Below are positions 11,986-21,330 of a stretch of DNA of 64,000 nt, piece by piece. Within the stretch, counting starts at the first letter, position 1. Every line of letters begins with the position of its first letter. Source of the DNA: Amphiscolops sp. MND2022. Taxonomy: Eukaryota. Location of the stretch: the NCBI GenBank assembly GCA_964187785.1, contig OZ076409.1, positions 63,242,001 through 63,306,000 of the forward strand, read 5' to 3'. The notes under the pieces are model-generated. The model was not told the origin of the DNA, ran no database searches, and saw nothing but the letters and a program-made list of their open reading frames with translations. The translations under genes and the position numbers were made by a program.

Positions 11986-14900
11986 TCAATCAAGCTTGTG
12001 CTTTACGTGGCTAGGGTGTGCTTTGATTGATGCAATCGACACATACACCCTGTCATGGAGAACTATGTCAACGTCTGAGTCAATGAAGTGATCTCTCAAC
12101 ATAGAATACCAAGCTGGTAGTATGTTGATTGACCTTTCAGGATCATAGATAGGAAGGTGAACTCGGGTAATTTGAGCTTGGGCGAGCTTCTGCACCAGAT
12201 CTGTCAGGCACAGATGTAGCACATCATGCAACGTGGGATGTTTGTTGGAGGCTCTTGTGAATAGTAGAAACATGTCGTTATTCCATGGCGCATCTGGTGA
12301 TTTGGCGAGGTGTATGGCTTTTCCTACGGCTGGTCGTAGTTTGAAAATCTCTTCTTGGCCATATTCCCTGATGACGTAACGCGCCATTGCTGAGTATGAC
12401 AGAAGATCAGCCGGACAGCATATCACCACAGTACCACGTGCTTGCAGTATATCGGTTTCATCGTAGGATATCCATGGTAGATAGTTCGGCTTGACTTTCG
12501 GGTGCGTTGTCAACAGTTTTCCCGTGACGGTGCTTTGATTGTCTTGACTTGGTTTGAGATGATCTAGAATGGCTTTACGGTCTTGCCACACTGTTCTGCG
12601 CAAAGGCCTGTCTCCCAAATTCGTGCAAGACCAATCATGAACTACGGAGAGTGCTTCTAGCACGGTCACTGGGTTCTCAAACGTATACGTGTGTTTGTCC
12701 AGCAGGCGTATTTTGGCTTGGCGACAGAAAGTGATAGCTAGTAGCTGTAACCAATGTTGACTAAGGAATTTCCCGCGATAGATATCTGCTAGATGAAAAC
12801 AAAGTGTGTCCTCGAACTCTACAAGTGTACGCAAGTTCTCTAGACAAATCAATAGCGTTCCTGGGTTCACTGGTGATGTTTCGTCCAAGGAGGTGACTAA
12901 TAGCCACCAACCAGCCGTTGGGTGATACACATCTCCAGGGGGGGAGGTCACACCGTATTGTTGCCATAGCTTTTGCGCGGTGATACAGAGTACCATTGCT
13001 ACTTTCGTGTCTTCTGGCTCTATTTTTCCAAACACCATCGATGGTGGGAGCGGGGGAATGATAGCGGCCAACGTAAACTCTAATCCGCTCTTGTCGTGCC
13101 ACGTCCACTCTTTGAACCGATAGGTGGGACAGTCTGAGGGCGGTGTTCCTTGCATGGCCTTTAGCGTGGTTTCCAATGGTGGGACCACACCTGGTCCAAT
13201 GCTCGAGTACGTCTTTTCTATTGAAATTACAACATGATGTACTTGTGGAACATCCTGGTCCTTTGCGTGTATGGACCTGATCGTATGTTGTATATGGTCT
13301 TCGAATATTTCGGTGTCGGCTAAGTCAAGAGCAGGAGCGTCCACTCCCCGGGCCAATCGCTTGTCCGGTGTTCTCACTTCAACTAGGTTGACGCAACTAC
13401 AGTTGCGGGAACCACAGGTTCCACACCTGTATCGTGGTGCTCTGTTACGTCGTAGCTGATAAGGTGGGGCTTGTGAAGGGGTTGGTTGCTCCGCTTCTCG
13501 TTGCTCTGGCGATATGCTTTCCGCTATGTTGGGTAATGTCATTGCACGTTCCAAAGTTTGAGACTGAGCTCTGGCTCTTACTCGGCCTCTCGCTCGCGTG
13601 TATGGTCTGTGCGCTCTTGTAAGTGTTCTGCTTGATGGAGTGGTACTTCCTCTTCTACGACCTGGAGGTCTGCCTCTTGGTCTGCCTCTTCTAGTTGCAG
13701 TTCTCCCTGATGAGGGTAACGTTTCCATGCTTTGACCGGGTTCTTGAATTTCTCTGTCAGTTCCTTCTTGGGGTTCGGCTTCCTCGGCAAGTTCTAGTCT
13801 TACCGAGCTACCAGCTCGAGAACTGAACAGTGGAAAATTACTCAATGTATCAGTTAAAGCTGGGTTCGAGAGCAATAGTGCGGACGTTCCTGACGGTGAA
13901 GGTACCAGGCTTGGTGCTGGTTCAGGTAAGACTTCCTCTTGATCGGAATACAGTGGTTCTAGGTCATCAATATCGGGAAAAACCACTGGTTGCTGTACTT
14001 CTTCAATAGGTTGACCCATTGGTTCTCGGTCAGATTCCGACTCAGACGGATATCCAAAGTGACTGAACCGTCGACGTGGGATTCCTCGTTCCAAAGCAGA
14101 CTGGGCACGTGTCTGAATGGTGCGCGGTGGGACAGGCGCGGTTGGTTCCATTTCGAACGATGCCTCCGGCAGTTGTTCTGGAAGAAATGAGTCTCGTGAT
14201 ATATCTGACGTTATCTCCTCATTGCTTTCTTCCACGTATGGATCTGCGACGATGGCCACATTCTGGTCTAACCCGAAGGGTTGATGTGCTGCCCAATCCC
14301 ATGGCGCTGGCACATGCTTCTTCAGACGCTCAAAATGAACCTTTTGACCTGTATCCAAAACGTACAATCTTCCATCTTGTAACACATCCGTGACCTTGTG
14401 AGGTCCACGCCAGGCACGAAGAAGTTTGCGGGTACCGCCCTTGGGGATTATGTGGCAAAAAACCCAAACGGCATCACCCACGGCGTGAGCTTTTGCCTTC
14501 AAATGCCTGTCAAACTTCTGTTTTTGTCGTATTTGCGCCTGATGAGTGTTTCGGCGAACAAGCTCGTGGATTTCTTGTTGTCTGGCAAGTAGGTGCTCTA
14601 CAAATTCTTCTTTTGATTCGAACTCTCGCGCTGCGAATTCTGGGTATATAAACGAGAGCGGAATGGATTTTTCTGCGCCATGTTGGAGCATATACGGGGA
14701 AAATCCGGTTGTTGCATGTCTAGTCGAATTGTAGGCACCCAAGACTCCGTCTATGTGCTCATCCCAGTCAAGCATTCTGCGAGACGTGTAGACTCGGAGC
14801 AAGGTCAGTAACGTTCGGTTCTGGCGTTCCACTAAACCGTTGCCTCTCGGATGAGCTAGAGTAGATGTCACCTTGGTTACTTGCGAGGCTTTCATCAATT

Positions 14901-17900
14901 CTTGAGCAATTTCGGCAGTGAAATTGGTGGCGTTGTCAGACTGCATTCTGGCAGGAGTGCCATGTCTTGCGAACCATTTGTTTAGGATAATCCTTGCAGT
15001 CGTCTGTGCGTCATATTCATCGTGTGCACATGAGATTGCCTCTGCAAACTTGGTAAAATGGTCGATGATGACTAGCAATCCATTATTTCCTGACGTTGTC
15101 TTGCACAGTTTCAAATGGTCAAATTGCACTAGGTCATTAAAATTGCTGCTGTTAATACTCTGTAGGGGGTAACAGGGATTCCCAGCGGGATGTTTTGTCT
15201 GTTGGCACGTTAAGCAGTGCTTAATATGATTGACGACATCACGTTTGATGCCTGGCCAAGTGTGGCGCTCCTGGATTCTCGCCAACACTTTACCAACGCC
15301 TTGGTGTCCTGATTCATCGTGTGCTCTGTACAAAATCTCGTGCTGGTACAGCTGGGGCATGACGATCATACACGGTCGTACGTGCATCGCGCGTTGCTGC
15401 GGAATGTAGTTGACACACAAAATGTCATTTTGGTTCAGGAACAGCAAATCTTTCTTCTGATGGAAGTACCGTTTGGCAAAGTCTTGCACATCCTCGGGGA
15501 ACAAAGCGTCATCCAATGGCTCGTTCTTCATGAGCTTCTTCAGCGCTAGAAGGTGAACATCCCTGTTTTGAGCTAGATGTAGATCCTTTAATCCACGCAT
15601 TGTCGACTGATGCTCGTGAAGCTCAGTCCCAACTAGCCTAAGGACATCAGCTTGTTCTTGACACTGCATTGGCAATCTACGCAACGCTGGGTCGCATTTG
15701 GTGGTGTCAAGACGTGCCGCTGGCACTTTGGTTGTTACACTAAGGATACAATTTGGTCTGTCGTTTTCGGTTGATGTCGGAGTGGTTTCCCATTGCACCT
15801 GTGGATACCACGGTATGGAGCTCAAAGACTGATCTGAGGTTAGATCCTCCTTTGGTGACTTTTTCAAAATGTACAGCACAGGGAGTTGTGCCCGAGCTTC
15901 GGGTGGAAGCTCTGGATGGTTTGGGATGAATTTTCCATGTTTGTCGATATATGGCACAGTGGGGAGTTCTTCGTAGTCTTTCTGGGACATGAAGCTGAAT
16001 CCCTTGCTCACTTCTGGTAGAGCTTCCACAATCTTCTCCCGATGCACGTAGTCATTGGTCCTTTTGCTAAGACCGTCTGCATTTCTGTGTTGCGTGCGTG
16101 GACTGTGGATCGTCTTGAAGTGATATTGGTCGAGGCGCGCAATCCAGCGCCCAATCATGGCCTGATCCATTGAATATGTCTTCAGCCACGAGAGAGCCTG
16201 GTTGTCCACGCGCAGCGTGAATTCCCGACCTGCAAGGTAGGAATGAAACTTCTCGATAAAATAGAATACTGCATACATTTCCAGCTTCGGGGCGCCATAA
16301 TTCATTTGTGTTCGAGTCAGTGACTTGCTGCCATAAACGATGGGACGAAGAATGGTTTTCCCATTGTATTGTTGTTCTTGGTGCAGTATGCCGGCTATAG
16401 CAACTGCACTGGCATCTGTGTCCAAAACAAAACGTCCTTCTTCGTTTGGCGCTGCCAAAGCTGTGGCGTCGGCTAATGCCTGTTTCACTGAATCAAACGC
16501 TTCTTGATGTTTTTCTTTCCAGTAGAAGTGTTGGTTCTTCCTTAACAACTCCTGCATAGGTTGCACCTTAGCAGCGTGAAAAGGAATGAAGTCCCGGTAG
16601 TAGTTCGCAAATCCGAGGAAGCTTTGAAGTTCTTCTTTATTTCTCGGGGGCATCCATTCTTTGATTTTGCTAACAGCAGCCGGGTCTGGTTTTATGCCTT
16701 CGGCTGAGACTACTCTTCCGAGGTATTTGGTTTCGGTGCGCATAAAATCACACTTCTCGGCTCGCATCTTGAAACCTGCCTCTCTGAGACATTCGAACAC
16801 TTCTCTGATCCTCTCCAAGTGATCTTCAATAGTTTCGGTGGCAATTACTATGTCGTCAATGTATGCCATGACAACACTTCCATGGCGTTGTTGAATCTTC
16901 TGAAGAGCTCTGGTGATCGATCGCTGAAATGTGGCCGATGCATTGCAAAGCCCAAAGGGCATTCGTCGCCATTCGAACAGTCCAAGCTCGCACGCGAACG
17001 CGGTCTTTCTGCGGTCACGTTTCTTCAGTGGAATCTGCCAAAAGGCCCACGCTAAGTCGATGCTCCTGAAGATTTTTGCATTCGCGATCCTTGAGAGACT
17101 TTCATCAATCCTGGGCAGTGGGAACGCGTCTTTCACTGTTACATCGTTCAGCGGGCGGAAGTCACAGCAAAAGCGAAGCTCTCCTGATTTCTTTTTCACC
17201 ATGACAATCCCACTAGCCCACGGCGAGTAAGAGGGTTGAATCAAACCTAGAGCTAACAAATTCTGCACTTCTTGGTTTGCTTTGGCTGCTTTGTCGGGAG
17301 ACATGCGCCTTGCCCCTTCTCTGTGTGGTATAGCCTCCGGCTCTAGCTCTATGCGATGTTTTGCAATTCTGCATCGTCCTATGTCGGATTTATTTTTCAT
17401 GAACAGGTCATCGTATTCACTCAAAACGCTCGCTAATTTGTCTCTCGCCTCTTCCCCCCATGAAGAAAGGACGGAAGAGAGATCAGGGCCTGGGATTGGC
17501 TTCAGCAATTGTGGATCTGTCCTTCTGCGTTTTTCATTTTCCGATAGTCCAATCTCTGACGGCTCAGTTGAAGACAAGAAGTTCTGTGCAAAGGAACTAA
17601 ACTCTGAACTCGTGTCCAAATCTAAGTCTCTGTGCACTTGATTCACAAATTCCGCTGAAAGCTTCGAAGCTTCACGACTGTCTTGAATGGGTACGGAGTT
17701 GAACACAAAGGTGGTGAGCACCGCTTTCCCAATTACGGTTTGTTCCTTGATTCTTACCCCTTCTTTAGCAGTTTGGTTTTTTAGGGCTAAGAAATCTACA
17801 CCGTCTTCTCCCACGGAGGTTAGTGTATCTTCAGAAACAAATACTGCATTGGACTTAACATTACACGGGTTCACCATTACATTTCGGAAATGAAACACGT

Positions 17901-20900
17901 TAGGTTGCTGCGTTATGATCTTCGCGCGCACAACTTTTCGTTCGAAAGGCCCTAAAGTAACCTCCTCGGCAGAAACAACGAATGATGGCTCTTGGTCACT
18001 GACCTCGTGAACTGCTTTGAAGATCCTAGGCGTTTCCGGGTCACGAATGGTTACTTTCATGGCTGCCAGGTCCACCAACACGTTGTATGTGCGCAAGAAG
18101 TTTCGGCCCAAGAGAAAGTCCTCTGAACCAATGTGGTCGGCTATGACTACGAAATTGGTCTTCAGCGTATGTCCGCCGAGCTGAAAGCTTACATCCTCGG
18201 CTATGCCAACGGTGGTGATGCTTTTGCCATTGGCAGCGAAAAGTTCAATGTCACATGGTGATAGACTCAGCTCATGCTTGGAAGCGATTTTCTTGTACGC
18301 GCTCAATGAGAGGATGGAGACCCCCGAACCGGTGTCTATCATGCCGAAGAGTGGTATCGGCTTTTGCAAAGGAGTTCCGAATGCTACCATTAGTGAGGCT
18401 CGCTCATCAATCTGGGCCTCTCCATGTGCATCCTGCATTCCGATGTTATAACAGCGCAGTTCTTGCGTGCCCAAATACAGGCCTTGTGGAAAGTGTCCTT
18501 CCAGGACAACAATTGCATCGAATTTCATGTCAACCCCATCAACCGTGATCGCTATGGGGACTGGTGCGATTGTCTTGACCTTCTGTATTGGGGCTAGCTT
18601 AGTCTCGTCACTTCTGGTGAAATGTGGTAAGGGTCTTGAAGCTATGGTAAGATTGGTGTTGCGACAAAGTTCTTCTTTCAATTGAGCCAATGTAAGGTTG
18701 GGACGTGCTTTTTGTTCTGCTGATAATAACAGGTGAATGGATATTAGCGTCTCAGTACAATTAGGTGCTGGGGCTTCAAGCGTCGTCAGGATTTGTTTTT
18801 CACCGCAAGTTACGACCACAGGACGTGAGGGGCCTCCTTCTTCAGAAGTCGAGATCACCCGTATTTGATCATCAGTATCAACAAAGTCCGCGGAATTCGT
18901 GACTGGGGCGTACCACGCCGCTTTCACTTGTTCTTCTGTTGCTGCACTTTCAGGCACCATGCATTCGGACGCAGTGTTGCCCGTACAATCAAAATTGACG
19001 CGTAATGTGGGCGGTCCTTGTGCTGATGGTGCCGCATGCACAACGTTGTTATTCATGCCATGAGGGTTAGAAGGACTAGTCCATTCACAAGCTGGGTTCG
19101 TTCGACATGAAGTAACTAGTTGTTGCACTGATTTGCGTGCGCGATCTTTCAAAGGGCAATCGGCAATGAAATGTGACGGGTCGCCACAATTGAAACACGC
19201 TCTAGATGGCTTCGGTGGTTGCTGTCGAACAGCCACTGGCTGTGGAGGTAGCTGCCAATTAGGCGCTTGAGGAGCCGCTGCCAGTATCGGGTTTTGTTGT
19301 CTTGCAAGTAAAGACTGTTGCTGTTGCTGAGGCGCTGGATAGTTCTCCGAGCGGATAGGGCCGCGCATGTGCAAGTATTGTTGTACCGTGAACCGTAGTG
19401 CTTCCACTGTTGGAGGAGTATCCACGTACTGTTCTTGTGCGTACATGAGTGCGAGATTTCGCTTCAACTCAAAGCTGCGTACCCCTTCGATGAACCTCTG
19501 CATGATTTCGTAGCGCCTTACAGTAACTTCTTCGTTAGGAAAACCTTGGCTGCGCAAACCTTCAAGAGCGTCAAGATACTGCATGTGGTCTTCGTCGTCG
19601 GACTGATTGCGTGTACGGAACTGCTGTTGTATTTGGAACTTGCTAGATCCCGTTCCAAATCGACGCGCTAGTAGCGCAATGACTTTTTCATCCGTGTCGC
19701 GCTCAGCCTCGGACTTGTTCGTAATATAGTCTCGTGCCTCATTCTCTAGGAATTCAACGATGGTCCATGCTCTGTCCAGTTGAGTATCCTTTGCGTGTGC
19801 TTTCTCCAAATAACGTTTCATGAGCATTAGCCAACCATCTATTATCCCGTCGCGCGCACCGCGGTATTTCGTTGGTATATTTTTGGCTTCTTTTGCTGCT
19901 AGCAATGGTTCCAAACTTTTGGACATCGCGCTTGTTATTGCTTCGGCTAACGCTTGTCCATGTATGGTGTTCGGTGTATTGCCTTTTGCAGCCTCTTCTA
20001 CTGTTTCTGGATTCAAATTTCTTTGATCGCACTTCGTCCCACTCTGGCACTGAACTACTTCTCTATTGGTGGGTTGCTGAATTGAAGATTCATTAGTGGA
20101 TGGTACGTTCGCAGGGTTTAGTGCCACCGGCACAGGTGAAGGACGACTTGGTACCGTCGCCATTACAGCTTTTACACCTAGGGTTAAATCTTGAACTGTA
20201 GTCATGAGGTCCACCATGCGCTTGTCGACATCTATTTCTCTGCGATGCATCGTTTCGGACATGAGCGTCAGTCTTTCATCGGCTTGTTGATCTCTTTGCG
20301 CCATTATCGCCGTCATTTCCGATATGCGCTGTTCAGTTAGACCCTTGACTGATGCCATTGTCGTTTCCATTTTGTCCTGATTGATGCGCCCTTCCGTCTT
20401 CATTTCAAGCACTCCTCTTCTCAGTTCCTCCACTTCTTTCATTAAAACTTCAGCTCGCTGAGCATGGTCACTATTCTCTTGGGATAGTTCTGCCTGGACT
20501 TGTTTCAACTGTGCCATGCTCCGTCCCAAGTCTTCGTTTATGGCTTCAGTTTCCTTGATGCCTCTAGTAATGGTAGAACTTGAAGATGCAACGCTACCTG
20601 AGCCTGAATCTTGGGGAGTTGCCGTGCATTCTAGTCGGAAGGTGCTAAGATCTAGCAGAGGTGGTGTGGTAAAGGTATAGTTCTGGTTCACCTCTTTTGC
20701 AGTCTCCCGCTTTCCCAGCTGGTTTCCTGAAGGAGTACTTGCGGTGTCAGCAACAGCGTTTCTACTAGCAGCAAACACTGGAACTCCGGAACCCAGCGGG
20801 TCCACACCCAAACTCACTTGTGGTGTAATCTCTCCTAAGGCCATGCCTGCATTCTTGTCCTCTACACTTTTGCTGATGTTCGAGCTGGTAGCTTGTTCTC

Positions 20901-21330
20901 CATTCGAGTTTGGCCATTCTCCCCAAGCAATCGCAGAGTTATTCATGGGAGGCCAGACGCTACCACAGTTCATGGCAGTGCCATTTACAAAATTAGCGCT
21001 ATCCGAAGATGTTCGAGAGGAGTTTAGTTGGCTGAAATATGCCATTTGCGAGTTTTGCTCGGCATTTGACATGTTATCTGACATGACGTCGTATAAAAAC
21101 ATGTTCGCAATTATGTCATCCGCTGCTATCTCAGCACGTGCACTAAGCCCAGACAACTCCTCTACCTCGCTTGCAAATGGATTCGTAACATGGAAGCTAC
21201 TAGACTGCCTATTCGATTCATTCAAAGACTTCAGATGCTCAATCTCGCCTGAGTTCATGCTCGATGGACTGCTCGGACTACTGTTTCCTCTGGTAACCCA
21301 GCTTTTGAACAGGGCTTTGGCTTTTCTCAT
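11986..21330 (-). CDS. gag-pol: Gag-Pol polyprotein (3114 aa): coiled coil, capsid-like region, CCHC knuckle, protease, RT, RNase H, integrase, long C-terminal tail
   Basis: CFNCGDPSHFIADC (19156-19197); IDTGSG (DTG at 18328-18336); PFGLCNA and YIDD (16852-16863); LDTDAS..KLEM..VDN..NADGLS RNase H; HDESGH..CLTC zinc finger; QFDH / SDNA / VERQNR DDE triad; WRGPH (GPY/F). Confidence 0.97.
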   Translation of the reverse strand: MRKAKALFKSWVTRGNSSPSSPSSMNSGEIEHLKSLNESNRQSSSFHVTNPFASEVEELSGLSARAEIAADDIIANMFLYDVMSDNMSNAEQNSQMAYFSQLNSSRTSSDSANFVNGTAMNCGSVWPPMNNSAIAWGEWPNSNGEQATSSNISKSVEDKNAGMALGEITPQVSLGVDPLGSGVPVFAASRNAVADTASTPSGNQLGKRETAKEVNQNYTFTTPPLLDLSTFRLECTATPQDSGSGSVASSSSTITRGIKETEAINEDLGRSMAQLKQVQAELSQENSDHAQRAEVLMKEVEELRRGVLEMKTEGRINQDKMETTMASVKGLTEQRISEMTAIMAQRDQQADERLTLMSETMHRREIDVDKRMVDLMTTVQDLTLGVKAVMATVPSRPSPVPVALNPANVPSTNESSIQQPTNREVVQCQSGTKCDQRNLNPETVEEAAKGNTPNTIHGQALAEAITSAMSKSLEPLLAAKEAKNIPTKYRGARDGIIDGWLMLMKRYLEKAHAKDTQLDRAWTIVEFLENEARDYITNKSEAERDTDEKVIALLARRFGTGSSKFQIQQQFRTRNQSDDEDHMQYLDALEGLRSQGFPNEEVTVRRYEIMQRFIEGVRSFELKRNLALMYAQEQYVDTPPTVEALRFTVQQYLHMRGPIRSENYPAPQQQQQSLLARQQNPILAAAPQAPNWQLPPQPVAVRQQPPKPSRACFNCGDPSHFIADCPLKDRARKSVQQLVTSCRTNPACEWTSPSNPHGMNNNVVHAAPSAQGPPTLRVNFDCTGNTASECMVPESAATEEQVKAAWYAPVTNSADFVDTDDQIRVISTSEEGGPSRPVVVTCGEKQILTTLEAPAPNCTETLISIHLLLSAEQKARPNLTLAQLKEELCRNTNLTIASRPLPHFTRSDETKLAPIQKVKTIAPVPIAITVDGVDMKFDAIVVLEGHFPQGLYLGTQELRCYNIGMQDAHGEAQIDERASLMVAFGTPLQKPIPLFGMIDTGSGVSILSLSAYKKIASKHELSLSPCDIELFAANGKSITTVGIAEDVSFQLGGHTLKTNFVVIADHIGSEDFLLGRNFLRTYNVLVDLAAMKVTIRDPETPRIFKAVHEVSDQEPSFVVSAEEVTLGPFERKVVRAKIITQQPNVFHFRNVMVNPCNVKSNAVFVSEDTLTSVGEDGVDFLALKNQTAKEGVRIKEQTVIGKAVLTTFVFNSVPIQDSREASKLSAEFVNQVHRDLDLDTSSEFSSFAQNFLSSTEPSEIGLSENEKRRRTDPQLLKPIPGPDLSSVLSSWGEEARDKLASVLSEYDDLFMKNKSDIGRCRIAKHRIELEPEAIPHREGARRMSPDKAAKANQEVQNLLALGLIQPSYSPWASGIVMVKKKSGELRFCCDFRPLNDVTVKDAFPLPRIDESLSRIANAKIFRSIDLAWAFWQIPLKKRDRRKTAFACELGLFEWRRMPFGLCNASATFQRSITRALQKIQQRHGSVVMAYIDDIVIATETIEDHLERIREVFECLREAGFKMRAEKCDFMRTETKYLGRVVSAEGIKPDPAAVSKIKEWMPPRNKEELQSFLGFANYYRDFIPFHAAKVQPMQELLRKNQHFYWKEKHQEAFDSVKQALADATALAAPNEEGRFVLDTDASAVAIAGILHQEQQYNGKTILRPIVYGSKSLTRTQMNYGAPKLEMYAVFYFIEKFHSYLAGREFTLRVDNQALSWLKTYSMDQAMIGRWIARLDQYHFKTIHSPRTQHRNADGLSKRTNDYVHREKIVEALPEVSKGFSFMSQKDYEELPTVPYIDKHGKFIPNHPELPPEARAQLPVLYILKKSPKEDLTSDQSLSSIPWYPQVQWETTPTSTENDRPNCILSVTTKVPAARLDTTKCDPALRRLPMQCQEQADVLRLVGTELHEHQSTMRGLKDLHLAQNRDVHLLALKKLMKNEPLDDALFPEDVQDFAKRYFHQKKDLLFLNQNDILCVNYIPQQRAMHVRPCMIVMPQLYQHEILYRAHDESGHQGVGKVLARIQERHTWPGIKRDVVNHIKHCLTCQQTKHPAGNPCYPLQSINSSNFNDLVQFDHLKLCKTTSGNNGLLVIIDHFTKFAEAISCAHDEYDAQTTARIILNKWFARHGTPARMQSDNATNFTAEIAQELMKASQVTKVTSTLAHPRGNGLVERQNRTLLTLLRVYTSRRMLDWDEHIDGVLGAYNSTRHATTGFSPYMLQHGAEKSIPLSFIYPEFAAREFESKEEFVEHLLARQQEIHELVRRNTHQAQIRQKQKFDRHLKAKAHAVGDAVWVFCHIIPKGGTRKLLRAWRGPHKVTDVLQDGRLYVLDTGQKVHFERLKKHVPAPWDWAAHQPFGLDQNVAIVADPYVEESNEEITSDISRDSFLPEQLPEASFEMEPTAPVPPRTIQTRAQSALERGIPRRRFSHFGYPSESESDREPMGQPIEEVQQPVVFPDIDDLEPLYSDQEEVLPEPAPSLVPSPSGTSALLLSNPALTDTLSNFPLFSSRAGSSVRLELAEEAEPQEGTDREIQEPGQSMETLPSSGRTATRRGRPRGRPPGRRRGSTTPSSRTLTRAHRPYTRARGRVRARAQSQTLERAMTLPNIAESISPEQREAEQPTPSQAPPYQLRRNRAPRYRCGTCGSRNCSCVNLVEVRTPDKRLARGVDAPALDLADTEIFEDHIQHTIRSIHAKDQDVPQVHHVVISIEKTYSSIGPGVVPPLETTLKAMQGTPPSDCPTYRFKEWTWHDKSGLEFTLAAIIPPLPPSMVFGKIEPEDTKVAMVLCITAQKLWQQYGVTSPPGDVYHPTAGWWLLVTSLDETSPVNPGTLLICLENLRTLVEFEDTLCFHLADIYRGKFLSQHWLQLLAITFCRQAKIRLLDKHTYTFENPVTVLEALSVVHDWSCTNLGDRPLRRTVWQDRKAILDHLKPSQDNQSTVTGKLLTTHPKVKPNYLPWISYDETDILQARGTVVICCPADLLSYSAMARYVIREYGQEEIFKLRPAVGKAIHLAKSPDAPWNNDMFLLFTRASNKHPTLHDVLHLCLTDLVQKLAQAQITRVHLPIYDPERSINILPAWYSMLRDHFIDSDVDIVLHDRVYVSIASIKAHPSHVKHKLD

